From: an uncultured Candidatus Saccharibacteria bacterium
GTDB taxonomy: Bacteria > Patescibacteriota > WWE3 > 2-01-FULL-39-13
Assembly: GCA_964370865.1 (NCBI GenBank)
Contig: CAYJKF010000005.1
Coordinates: forward strand, 35,281 to 99,280
Reading direction: 5' to 3'
Length of the DNA stretch: 64,000 nt
This document shows positions 42,508 through 52,332 of the stretch, in pieces. The translations under genes and the position numbers were made by a program. The stretch's first letter is position 1, and every line of letters starts with the position of its first letter. Under the pieces are notes generated by a model. The model was not told where the DNA came from, did not search any database, and was given only the letters and a program-made list of their open reading frames with translations.

Positions 42508-43631
42508 TGTATTTTAGCCTTAAATATAATTCGTTTATTAGGTAAATTGGTTATATCGTACTTCTTTACTTGTATTTTCTCTGGAGTATTGTCAACGAAA
42601 TTTAATATTTCCTCTTGTTTTATAAGGTATGTTTTATAGATTTGCTTAACTAATTCATCAAGATTGATTGAAGAATATGCAGATATACCCATAATGTCTA
42701 TTTTCTTTTTCTTAAATGCTGCTTTAATTTCATCGAATTGTTCTTTTACTTCGGTGATATCTATTTTATTTAGAACGACAATTTCTGCTTTATCCATTAA
42801 GGTAGCATTCCATTTTTTAAGCTCGTTTCTAATATCCTGATAGTCTTTGATTAAAGAGGGAATTCCTCCACTTAATATTTTTGTACCATCGACCAAATGA
42901 ATTATTATATTGGTTCTTTCTATGTGGCGCAGAAAATCATAGCCTAATCCTTTTCCTTCAGAAGCACCTTCTATTAATCCAGGTATATCAGCTAAAACGA
43001 TATCTTGATCGATTCCGTTTATATAGTTACCTACATGTAGAACACCTAAGTTAGGGGACAGTGTAGTAAATGGATAATTTCCAATCTTTGCACTGGCTCT
43101 GGTTAATGAGTTAAGTAAGGTAGATTTACCCGCGCTAGGAATTCCTATTAATCCGACATCAGCGATTAATTTAAGTTCAAGTTTTAAAAGTTGAGTTTCG
43201 CGCTTTTCACCTGAAGTATATTGATAAGGAGTTTGGTTAATTGACGATTTAAAATGCCAGTTACCCATACCACCTTTTCCACCTCTATCTAGAATAACGC
43301 TTTGATTTAAGTCAATCATATCGACGATTACTTCACCATTTTCATCAAATACGGTAGTGCCAAGAGGAACTTTTATTATTTCATCTGCTCCGTCGTGACC
43401 TTTCTTAAGATTTTTCATTCCGCCTTCGCCATTTTCGGCTTTATATTCGATTTTTCGGTGAAAGTACGAGAGAGTATTTGCGTGAGAGTCGACTTCGAGA
43501 ACTATGCTACCACCTTTTCCACCATCTCCGCCCCATGGTCCACCTTTATCTACGTATTTTTCACGCCTAAAAGAGACTAAACCGTCTCCGCCGTTTCCTG
43601 CTTTAATTTTGATTTCGGCTGTGTCAATCAT
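42486..43631 (-). CDS. obg: GTPase Obg/CgtA.
   Basis: An N-terminal glycine-rich Obg fold (GGDGGKGG, GGKGGMG). A G domain G1 GIPSAGKST. G3 and G4 motifs. Confidence 0.85.
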   Translation of the reverse strand: MIDTAEIKIKAGNGGDGLVSFRREKYVDKGGPWGGDGGKGGSIVLEVDSHANTLSYFHRKIEYKAENGEGGMKNLKKGHDGADEIIKVPLGTTVFDENGEVIVDMIDLNQSVILDRGGKGGMGNWHFKSSINQTPYQYTSGEKRETQLLKLELKLIADVGLIGIPSAGKSTLLNSLTRASAKIGNYPFTTLSPNLGVLHVGNYINGIDQDIVLADIPGLIEGASEGKGLGYDFLRHIERTNIIIHLVDGTKILSGGIPSLIKDYQDIRNELKKWNATLMDKAEIVVLNKIDITEVKEQFDEIKAAFKKKKIDIMGISAYSSINLDELVKQIYKTYLIKQEEILNFVDNTPEKIQVKKYDITNLPNKRIIFKAKIQEKPTKK

Positions 43632-43682
43632 CCGACTATTATAACATTACAATTTGCTTGGGGATTTTGTTAAAATGTCCCA

Positions 43683-46199
43683 ATGAAAGAACAATATAAT
43701 CATGTTGATATCGAAAACAAGGTTAGAGCGGAATGGGAAAAGTCGGGATTGTTTCAAAATGAATTTTTTGATGAGAACGAAGCAAAAACAGTAACTCCAG
43801 AAAATAAGAAATATGTTTTACCTCAATGGCCATATCCGTCAGGATCAGGATTACATATGGGGCACTCGGAAACTTATGTCGCTTGTGATATTTACTCCCG
43901 ATACTTAAGGATGAAGGGTTATAAAGTATTGCAGGCATTGGGATGGGATTCTTTCGGATTACCGGCCGAAAACTACGCTATTAAAACAAATATTCATCCT
44001 CGAATAAACACGGAAACTGCAATTGATAATTTTAGGGAACAAATTAAGTTACTGGGAGTTTCGGTAGATTGGTCCAGAGAAGTAGCAAGTCATAAACCTG
44101 ATTACTATAAGTGGACTCAGTGGTTATTCTTATTCCTCTATGAACAAGGATTGGCTTATCGTAAAGAACAAAAAGTTAACTGGTGTGACAGTTGTAAAAC
44201 CGTTTTGGCGAATGAACAAGTAATAGCAGGCAAATGCGAAAGATGCGGATCTGAAGTTATTCAAAAGAACATGAATCAGTGGTTTTTTAGAATCACTGAC
44301 TATGCAGATAGGCTCTACGATGATTTAGATAAAGTTGATTGGCCAGAAGAATCCGTAAAACGTCAACGAGATTGGATAGGTCGAAAATATGGTGCTGTGA
44401 TTAATTACGAGGTTATTGGTAGTGAAAACAAAATAGAATGTTTTACTACAAGACCTGAGACTAATTATGGTGCCACCTTTATTGCCCTTTCACCAGATCA
44501 TATTTTGGTGAATAAAATAGTTGCCAGTGAAATTGTTTCTGAAAGCTTAACACCACCAGTATTAGAGTCAATTCGGCACTACATTGAGGTTACAAGCAAG
44601 AAAACAGAGAGAGAGCGTATAACCGAGGGTTCAAAAAAAACAGGTGTGTTTAGTGGCTTGTATGCCTTAAACCCTTTTAGTAAAAAGCAAATGCCAATTT
44701 GGATTTCTGATTACGTACTATCAAATGTTGGAAGTGGTGCGGTCGTTGGAGTTCCAGCACATGATGTTCGGGATTTCGAGTTCGCTCGCACTTTCGACTT
44801 GGAAGTTATTCGAGTAATAAAGGATTCGGTGAATGGTGATAAAGAGATACTTGTCGAAAATGAAGTTTATGAAGGACAAGGAGAAATAATAAATTCAGGT
44901 ATTATAAACGGCAAAAATTCAGTTGAAGCTAAAGAAATAATTATAGATTATGTGGAGAAAGAAGGCTTAGGAAAACGCGCCAAATTCTTTAAATTAAGAG
45001 ATTGGTCTATCTCCAGACAAAGATTTTGGGGAGCTCCAGTTCCAATGGTGTTTGATACAGAAGGTGAGCCACATCCTGTTACTAAGGATGATTTGCCTGT
45101 CTTATTGCCGGAGGATGTAGATTTTATTCCAACTGGAAGATCACCTTTAACATATTCAGAATCGTTTCAAAATGGCGTAGAAGAAAAATATGGTAAAGGT
45201 TGGAAACGAGAAGTCGATACTCTTGATACTTTTATGTGTTCTTGCTGGTATTTTTTTAGGTATATTGATCCTAAAAATACCGAGGAATTTGCTTCTCAAG
45301 ATAACTTAGATAGATGGATGCCTGTAGATTTTTACCTAGGTGGTAGAGAGCACGTAACTGGCCATTTACTATATTCCAGATTTATTACAAAGGCACTATT
45401 TGATGCAGGAATCGTTAAATACGATGAACCTTTTACTGTACATAAGCATCAAGGTACTATTACTGGTGCTGATGGAAGGAAAATGAGTAAACGATGGGGA
45501 AATGCAATTAGTCCAACAGATGTTGTTCAGGAATACGGCGCCGATACTGCCCGAACTTATTTAATGTTTATGGGCCCTTTGGAAGATGATAAGCCTTGGG
45601 ATACTAACGGAATAAAAGGTGTCAGAAGATTCTACTCAAAAGTTTGGAATTTATTATTAGACGAATCAAAAACTATAGTAGGGGAATCAACCCCAATTAT
45701 GGTAAAAGAACTCAACAAACTTATCAAGAAATCAGGTGAAGATATCGAATTGAGTAAATTTAATACTGTCGTGTCTGAATTCATGAAATTTTGTAATAGT
45801 TGGGATAAAAAAGAGAATTCTTTATCTATTGATGATGCGATAACTTTTCTAAAGTTACTTGCACCTTTTGGTCCTTATATTTCCGAGGAGTTAAATAATA
45901 GATTATTAGAAAGAAAAAACTCATTTAATGAAAATTCATCTAAAGTTAATCAAACTACTAGATCAATTCATTTAGAATCCTGGCCAGAGTACAGTGAGAA
46001 GTATGTAATCGACGACGTAGTTAATGTTGCGGTACAGATTAACGGAAAATTTAAAGGATTATTAGAAAATATAGGGAATGATCTTTCCGAAGCCGATGTT
46101 CTAAACTTAGTAATTAAAAAATATAATATCGATGGCACTAAAATTCTTAAAACTATATACGTGCCTAATAAAATTATTAATATAATTACCCCTAAATAA
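43683..46199 (+). CDS. leuS: Leucyl-tRNA synthetase.
   Basis: A class I HIGH variant (LHMGHSETY). A KMSKS-type motif (RKMSKRWGN). A CP1 editing domain. The typical bacterial LeuRS length. Confidence 0.95.
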   Translation: MKEQYNHVDIENKVRAEWEKSGLFQNEFFDENEAKTVTPENKKYVLPQWPYPSGSGLHMGHSETYVACDIYSRYLRMKGYKVLQALGWDSFGLPAENYAIKTNIHPRINTETAIDNFREQIKLLGVSVDWSREVASHKPDYYKWTQWLFLFLYEQGLAYRKEQKVNWCDSCKTVLANEQVIAGKCERCGSEVIQKNMNQWFFRITDYADRLYDDLDKVDWPEESVKRQRDWIGRKYGAVINYEVIGSENKIECFTTRPETNYGATFIALSPDHILVNKIVASEIVSESLTPPVLESIRHYIEVTSKKTERERITEGSKKTGVFSGLYALNPFSKKQMPIWISDYVLSNVGSGAVVGVPAHDVRDFEFARTFDLEVIRVIKDSVNGDKEILVENEVYEGQGEIINSGIINGKNSVEAKEIIIDYVEKEGLGKRAKFFKLRDWSISRQRFWGAPVPMVFDTEGEPHPVTKDDLPVLLPEDVDFIPTGRSPLTYSESFQNGVEEKYGKGWKREVDTLDTFMCSCWYFFRYIDPKNTEEFASQDNLDRWMPVDFYLGGREHVTGHLLYSRFITKALFDAGIVKYDEPFTVHKHQGTITGADGRKMSKRWGNAISPTDVVQEYGADTARTYLMFMGPLEDDKPWDTNGIKGVRRFYSKVWNLLLDESKTIVGESTPIMVKELNKLIKKSGEDIELSKFNTVVSEFMKFCNSWDKKENSLSIDDAITFLKLLAPFGPYISEELNNRLLERKNSFNENSSKVNQTTRSIHLESWPEYSEKYVIDDVVNVAVQINGKFKGLLENIGNDLSEADVLNLVIKKYNIDGTKILKTIYVPNKIINIITPK

Positions 46200-46210
46200 T
46201 CCGTTCGTGT

Positions 46211-47428
46211 TTGCATTCTGATCAGGCTCACCAGACGATATTAAAAACGCTATTTTTATACCTCTTTTTAGCAGCAATTTTTGGATATAGATACCGATTT
46301 GAGTCTCTAAAAAACCATGACAAATGTGACTTGGGCAAAAGCGAGGAAATCGGGGGTATATTATTTACCCATTCTACGGTCACGAAATACGGACAAGAGG
46401 TCCTTCTAAAAGATTGCAAGATAGGCCTAAAATCAAATCAAGCTATTTATTTAGGACAATATCTGACAGCTCGGAAGTCAAATCAGTTTACTTCAGAGGG
46501 TAAATTTAGTCATCTTTCGGTACAAGTTGATCAATCTAAATCGATTCATTTACTGGTTAAACTTTCCATTTTGAGAGAACAATATAAACAAGATATTTAT
46601 AGATTATTAAAAGGGGATAGGGCGTTAATTTTCTTAGGAATATTCCTAGGTAGTAGAGATATTAAAAGAAATACAGAGTTATACGGTCAGATTACACAGC
46701 TTGGACTATCTCACTTATTCGTGGCATCAGGATTTAACGTCTCTTATATTGTTAATATATTCGGATTTCTAAAACAGTTACTTCCTAGGTGGCTTTATAT
46801 ATCTATCATGAGTGGATTGTTATTGATTTATAACGTTATTGTCGGATTTGAAATTCCAATATTAAGGTCTACTTTACTGTCTTTAACGATTTTTTTATTT
46901 AAAAACTCCACTAATTCTATCCATTGGTTAATAATGATTGGTTTTGGTTTTTGTATCTTTAATCCATTTATCATAACGAGCTTAAGTTTTCAACTCAGCT
47001 TTGTGGCAACATATGCTGTATTAATATCTAATGGATTAAGAAATGGAAATGAAATTGCGAAAAAGAAGAAGTCATTTTTGTTTGTCGACGAATTAAAAAC
47101 TTCGGCTTTTGTTGTAATTTTTATTTTCCCAATTTTGTCTATTAACTTTGGAGTGCTGAACCCCTTTTCTATTTTTATCAATCCAGTTATTAGTCCTTTT
47201 ATATCTTTGATAATGATATTGGGTATGTTTACGATAGTAGGACAATATGTTCTATTTAACAACGTGCTGTATTTCGTATCCGATTTGCTCCATTTCATAA
47301 TCAGATTACTTTTTGGGGTATTAGGGATTTTTAATATACCCGTCCAAATGTCACTGGTCGAAATTCTGGCATATTATTTTCTATTATTCAGTGTTATTCA
47401 TATTTATAGGCGGAATGAAACAAATTAG
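46211..47428 (+). CDS. ComEC/Rec2-family membrane (competence) domain: the N-terminal piece of a split ComEC.
   Basis: DUF4131-like N-terminus plus a polytopic competence domain. Ends 38 nt inside the start of the next ORF, which lies in another frame. Confidence 0.6.
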   Translation: MHSDQAHQTILKTLFLYLFLAAIFGYRYRFESLKNHDKCDLGKSEEIGGILFTHSTVTKYGQEVLLKDCKIGLKSNQAIYLGQYLTARKSNQFTSEGKFSHLSVQVDQSKSIHLLVKLSILREQYKQDIYRLLKGDRALIFLGIFLGSRDIKRNTELYGQITQLGLSHLFVASGFNVSYIVNIFGFLKQLLPRWLYISIMSGLLLIYNVIVGFEIPILRSTLLSLTIFLFKNSTNSIHWLIMIGFGFCIFNPFIITSLSFQLSFVATYAVLISNGLRNGNEIAKKKKSFLFVDELKTSAFVVIFIFPILSINFGVLNPFSIFINPVISPFISLIMILGMFTIVGQYVLFNNVLYFVSDLLHFIIRLLFGVLGIFNIPVQMSLVEILAYYFLLFSVIHIYRRNETN

Positions 47429-48353
47429 TATTCTCTATCTACTCGTTACCAGTGTCCTAATTCTTGTGTATTTCGCAAGTTTTTATTCAAAAATAAACTA
47501 CGACAAAGGATGGTTTGTGAGCATATTAAATATAGGCAATGGTGATAGTACTTTGATAAAAACTCAAGAAGGCCTTGTGGTGCTGATTGATACTGGCCCT
47601 GATGCTAGTATCACAAGTCGGATGGCTGGCATACTTGGTCGCAATATTAGCACGATTGATTTGCTAGTTCTTACGCATTCACATGCTGATCATATCGGTG
47701 GAGCTACGTATGTTCTGGGCGAATATGATGTTAGGTGCATTGTTTATAGGACAGAGGATAAGAATAATTCATTGATGGAAGAAACTCTTAGGAATAGGCT
47801 TATTGAACAATCTATCGAAGTGCACTTTCCATTTGCTAATGATACTTCAGCCGCTGGTTCTGAATGTATGGCTGTTCTTGACGCACTTAATGAACTCGAT
47901 CTCTTTTATTACGGAAATGCATATACCGCAAATCAAGTTAAGAATAACCAAAATTTAGAAAGTCTATTCGTTCTGTATTCGGCCGGGAATTTTAATTACT
48001 GGCATATGTCAGACAATGAATATAGCATTCAGGAAAAGATCTATAATAGCGTTAGCAAGATGAATCCAGGCCAGTCATTTAATGTACTCAAAGTTCCGCA
48101 CCAGGGCAGTGAGGACAGCTTGCATAAACAGCTTATTCATTTTATTAATCCGCAGGTTGCTATTATATCGGTAGGAATTAATGGCTATGGTCATCCGCAC
48201 AAAAGTGTTGTAAATTTTTATATGAAGAGTGTTCCATTATTATTAAACACAAGACTTGATTCGGATATACTAATTAGGAAAAACAAGTCCGACATAGTTA
48301 TCCAGAAACACTGTTATAATAATATATTCTGGTGTACTATCAGCTCGTATTAA
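47391..48353 (+). CDS. Metallo-beta-lactamase domain protein: the C-terminal piece of a split ComEC. The track start is GTG; an ATG lies at 47415.
   Basis: A leading TM helix, then the MBL motif HSHADHIGG and downstream His/Asp ligands. Its frame is open from 47325. Confidence 0.65.
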   Translation: MLFIFIGGMKQISILYLLVTSVLILVYFASFYSKINYDKGWFVSILNIGNGDSTLIKTQEGLVVLIDTGPDASITSRMAGILGRNISTIDLLVLTHSHADHIGGATYVLGEYDVRCIVYRTEDKNNSLMEETLRNRLIEQSIEVHFPFANDTSAAGSECMAVLDALNELDLFYYGNAYTANQVKNNQNLESLFVLYSAGNFNYWHMSDNEYSIQEKIYNSVSKMNPGQSFNVLKVPHQGSEDSLHKQLIHFINPQVAIISVGINGYGHPHKSVVNFYMKSVPLLLNTRLDSDILIRKNKSDIVIQKHCYNNIFWCTISSY

Positions 48354-48366
48354 TTATTGATAAACT

Positions 48367-49236
48367 ATGAGGCCTAGCAATATATACGTCTTTTTTACGT
48401 CAATTATTATGTCATGTGTTCTGCTTGCGACTGTTTTTGCTGTAATGATAGGCTTTTTTATATACCGTTATAACAAAGGCGAAGAACAATTTTCGAAAGA
48501 AGTTGAGACTGAGACAAAAACCCAAAATAGGGATGCGGACATCGATGGCATATTTTATCTAGTTGCTGACATTGAGAGTGATTGGGAATCTTTAGAGTAT
48601 TTTTTAAATGATTTCGATTTGTCAGCTGAGGCGAATATTGTTCAATTAGGTGACATTACTCACCTAGGAGTATTAGATGATTTCGAACGATATTTTGGCA
48701 TAATTAAAAAATCAGGACGAACCTTTTATAATATTCCAGGGGATCGTGACTTATGGAAATCAGGAGGGTTAGATAATTACTCTAAATATTTAGGACAATC
48801 ATACTATATAAAAACAATCGGGAATTCTAAATTTCTATTCATAGATAATGCTAATGAATACGAAGGAATATCCGATGAGCAATTTAAATTTATAGAAGAA
48901 AATCTTTCAGATGTTGATTTCGTGTTTATGCACAATCCGATTTATTTTGAAGGGAGTCCTCTAAGCAGTATTATCCGAAAAGGCATGGGACAATACGATC
49001 CAGAGGTTGATAAGCAAAGAGAGAGATTGTTACAGCTTATCAGAGATTCCAATACTAAGGCTGTATTCGGTGGTGATCAACATATTTATTCCGAATCTAT
49101 AGATTCAAATGATAAGGAATTAAAACATTATGTTGTAGGTTCTTTGAATAGCAAATTGAATATTGGTGGACGTTCGTTTGTAATATTGACAACATATAAG
49201 AACGGGGATTATGCTGTTAACAAGGTAAATTTTTAA
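48367..49236 (+). CDS. Calcineurin-like metallophosphoesterase with an N-terminal TM anchor.
   Basis: The metallophosphoesterase motifs GDITHLG, GDRD and GDQH (GDxHG...GDxxDRG...GNH(D/E)-like spacing). Confidence 0.55.
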   Translation: MRPSNIYVFFTSIIMSCVLLATVFAVMIGFFIYRYNKGEEQFSKEVETETKTQNRDADIDGIFYLVADIESDWESLEYFLNDFDLSAEANIVQLGDITHLGVLDDFERYFGIIKKSGRTFYNIPGDRDLWKSGGLDNYSKYLGQSYYIKTIGNSKFLFIDNANEYEGISDEQFKFIEENLSDVDFVFMHNPIYFEGSPLSSIIRKGMGQYDPEVDKQRERLLQLIRDSNTKAVFGGDQHIYSESIDSNDKELKHYVVGSLNSKLNIGGRSFVILTTYKNGDYAVNKVNF

Positions 49237-49240
49237 TACT

Positions 49241-49741
49241 ATGGATTTTGATCAGCAACTTAAAAAAGTAAAAGGAAGCATGAAGTTTGAGCGGACTGTC
49301 GTCTTGGTCAAGCCAGATGGAGTTCAAAGAGGATTGATTGGAAAAGTTCTTACAAGATTTGAAGAGAAGGGATTGAAACTTGTTGGATTAAAATTGATGA
49401 ATGTAGATGATGTTGTATTGGAATCTCACTATTCCCACTTGAAAGACAAGCCATTTTTTCAGTCTATTAAAGATTTTATGAAGAGTTCACCTGTTGTCGC
49501 AATGGTATGGGAAGGCGTTGAGTGTATTCAGACGGTAAGGACAATTTGTGGAACTACAAATTCACGTGAAGCAACCCCAGGTACAATACGAGGCGATTTT
49601 GGTATGGGAAAACCTGCAAACATAATACATTCATCTGACACCCCGGAGAATGCTGAGGCAGAGATTGTTAGATTTTTTGATGCTAAAGAGATATATGACT
49701 ACGATAAGACCGAATACATGTACGTCTATTGGCCAGATTAA
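49241..49741 (+). CDS. ndk: Nucleoside diphosphate kinase.
   Basis: ERTVVLVKPDGVQRGLIG. The active-site His in NIIHSSD. NDK-like length. Confidence 0.9.
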   Translation: MDFDQQLKKVKGSMKFERTVVLVKPDGVQRGLIGKVLTRFEEKGLKLVGLKLMNVDDVVLESHYSHLKDKPFFQSIKDFMKSSPVVAMVWEGVECIQTVRTICGTTNSREATPGTIRGDFGMGKPANIIHSSDTPENAEAEIVRFFDAKEIYDYDKTEYMYVYWPD

Positions 49742-49778
49742 ATTTCGAAGTTCTTGAAATGATGGATAAGTAATGTAA

Positions 49779-49854
49779 TGGTGCCCCCGGAAGGACTCGA
49801 ACCTCCGTGTCAGGTTTAGGAAACCTGCGCTCTATCCAGTTGAGCTACGGGAGC
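49779..49854 (-). tRNA. tRNA-Arg (anticodon CCU).
   Basis: The reverse complement reads GCTCCCG-TA-GCTC-AACTGGATA-GAGC-G-CAGGT-TTCCTAA-ACCTG-ACAC-GGAGG-TTCGAGT-CCTTC-CGGGGGC-A-CCA. Confidence 0.8.
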
Positions 49855-50273
49855 AAAGTGGTAATTCAATAAATTTATTATACTTTAAGTTGGACGTTTT
49901 TAAACCCCGAGTCTGTCGCTATTTGGCATAACTTCTGTAAATTTAGTTTCTTTAGTCATCACTGTTTTAGCACAAAACATGTAAGGCATAGCCAGAAGAA
50001 GTGGGGAGCTCCGTGTACGAAATATACTCGCAAAAATAAAGCGCTATTTAATGGTTAATCTGTTTTTTTGTCCTTCTTGTTATTGTTTAGTTTCATTTAG
50101 AATTGTGTAGACCTATATAAATAGTGGATGACTCGACCGGCGGACGATAGGGACTAATTACAAGCCAAAAATGTATGTTTTGGGCATATTGGGGACGTTG
50201 GAATGTTGACAAAAACTATCAATCGCCACCGACGTGTGCCATAACCATAAAATACTTAAAGTAGTGGCATAAC

Positions 50274-50963
50274 ATGTTAACTGTTATAATTTTGACCATG
50301 AAAGCTTACTTTTGGCTGAGAATGTTAGGTAATTTGTTTTGGACACTTGGTGTTGGAATTTTCATATTTACGTACATACCAATTGCTTATGGTGAGGTGT
50401 CGTATAGGGCTTTTCCTCACGAAGTAGCGGTAACAGAAGGGGATGTAACACAAAGAGTAAAGAATGAACAAGAGAATCCTGATGGCAGAGTGTTAAATAT
50501 ATCTCCTTATGAAGCTATAAACCCTGAATTTTCAATAATAATTCCCAAAATCGATGTAAATGCTCCGATCGTTTCAAATGTTTCAATGGCAAATGAAAAG
50601 GAGTATATGAATGCATTAAGACAAGGTGTTGCTCATGCGCGGGGTACATCTATGCCAGGTGAAACAGGAAATATATTTTTGTTTGCACATTCTTCTATAA
50701 ATTTTTGGCAATTAGGACCGTATGCTACGGTATTTAACTTACTCAATAAGCTAGAAAAAGGGGACGTAATCGTAATTGCGTACCAGGGTGTCTATTATGA
50801 ATATGCTTTTACCGATATGACGGTAGTCCCAGGTTGGGATACAAGTCCATTTGACGTCGAATATGACGATTCTGTAATAACTCTAATTACATGTGATCCA
50901 CCTGGAACAACTTTAAATAGGCGAGTAGTGAAGGCTCGATTATTAAATACAATTAGACCGTAA
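50274..50963 (+). CDS. Sortase-family transpeptidase.
   Basis: An N-terminal TM anchor. A conserved His region (FLFAHSS). The catalytic Cys in TLITC (TLxTC). A downstream Arg (NRRVV). Confidence 0.7.
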   Translation: MLTVIILTMKAYFWLRMLGNLFWTLGVGIFIFTYIPIAYGEVSYRAFPHEVAVTEGDVTQRVKNEQENPDGRVLNISPYEAINPEFSIIIPKIDVNAPIVSNVSMANEKEYMNALRQGVAHARGTSMPGETGNIFLFAHSSINFWQLGPYATVFNLLNKLEKGDVIVIAYQGVYYEYAFTDMTVVPGWDTSPFDVEYDDSVITLITCDPPGTTLNRRVVKARLLNTIRP

Positions 50964-50969
50964 TTATTT

Positions 50970-52181
50970 CTATCTTAGAGCTATACCGTAAAGATTAGGG
51001 AGGTTTCCTTCTTTTAAGGAGGTTAATACTATTATCTTATCCCCACTTGGAGTTGAATGAGCTTTATTTGAAGCAAGATATCCTGTATAAACGGTTGTTT
51101 GATTAGTTCCATCTATCCTAATTAAGCTAACCGAGTAATTATCTGGCCTACTAGGGACCTGCGTGATTAAGATTAAGTGGTATGAATCTGAGTACCATGA
51201 GTAGCTAGTGGTAGTTAAATCTACATCCCTCAACGTATAATTTAGCCTTTGTTCGTCTATTGGCAAAGTAGGTTCAGCATTATATATAACTAAATCCGTT
51301 AAATTAGGATTATTTTGTGAAGGAATTTCGACTACGAATTTTCTTTCGTCCGGTGACCATTTGTCTTTAGTGTTTTCCCAATTCGATTTAATTATGTCTG
51401 GTACTTGCTGCGTAGATTCAATTTGATCGATTTGTGTCTCTAAGAAGGATGTTTTCCAGTCCTTTTCCCATTCTTTATAAATAATTTCTGCATCGGCTAC
51501 TTGCGTTGGGGCCTTGTTAATTGCTGTTTGGCTAGTGAAGTTAGTTCCTACATCATATAGTAAATATCCTTTTGGATTAAGTTCAACTAATAATTGTTTG
51601 TCATCGAGGGACCATACTAAATTTGTACCAAGTGATGGGGTGAATTGAGTTGTATCTACTATTAGAGGTTGACTACTATTTCTTAATATATTCAATGCGC
51701 TACCTGCTAAAGGAAGAATCCATACACCTGGATCTTCTTGATTAGTAGTTATATAGACTATGTCGTTATAGCTTGAAGAAAGGTCAAACGCCTTAACATT
51801 AGTGTTGGTAAGTGGCTCTAGCCTTGGTGTACGTGAAACCAAAACGGCTGTTATGTCAGTGACGAGTTCAGGATAGACAGTAATGTCTTTCTGCCAACTT
51901 TCGAAACCCTCTTTTTCTACTCTTAATCTATATTTTTTTGGAGTAAGAGAGGCGATTGTATCATCGGTGGCCGTCATTGCGGTTTCGTCTAGATAGACTT
52001 GTCCGCCATCTGGAATAGATCTCACAGCAAGCATTCCAGTCTTAACTACTATTGTTGAACTACCCTGATTGTCAATGTCGATTGAGTTCTTAATTCTCCA
52101 GCCTTCACTATATAATACTGAAAGAGTAGTGATTACCAGTAGGGTGCTAAGAGTCAAAATTAATGATATTAAATTCCTCAT
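50970..52181 (-). CDS. Signal-anchored secreted protein with a PEGA-like domain.
   Basis: An N-terminal TM helix, then a PEGA-like segment (SIPDGGQVYLDETAMTATDDTIASLTPKKYRLRVEKEGFESWQKDITV). No LPXTG motif. Confidence 0.45.
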   Translation of the reverse strand: MRNLISLILTLSTLLVITTLSVLYSEGWRIKNSIDIDNQGSSTIVVKTGMLAVRSIPDGGQVYLDETAMTATDDTIASLTPKKYRLRVEKEGFESWQKDITVYPELVTDITAVLVSRTPRLEPLTNTNVKAFDLSSSYNDIVYITTNQEDPGVWILPLAGSALNILRNSSQPLIVDTTQFTPSLGTNLVWSLDDKQLLVELNPKGYLLYDVGTNFTSQTAINKAPTQVADAEIIYKEWEKDWKTSFLETQIDQIESTQQVPDIIKSNWENTKDKWSPDERKFVVEIPSQNNPNLTDLVIYNAEPTLPIDEQRLNYTLRDVDLTTTSYSWYSDSYHLILITQVPSRPDNYSVSLIRIDGTNQTTVYTGYLASNKAHSTPSGDKIIVLTSLKEGNLPNLYGIALR

Positions 52182-52332
52182 ATATACCTATATTATAATC
52201 CATTCTTCCAATTAAAAAACATTCTTAATCAGTATGTTTTATTGGGATGAAATTAGGTGCGTTAGGTCTCGATAGGCTTATAGTGAGCTATTCCTTATTG
52301 ACCTAATATGTCGTCGATAGTATGTTGACGAT

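Noticed and set aside
50206-50253. TTGACA ... TAAAAT as a promoter for the sortase gene.
   Set aside because: The spacer is about 36 nt, which is incompatible with a sigma70 promoter.
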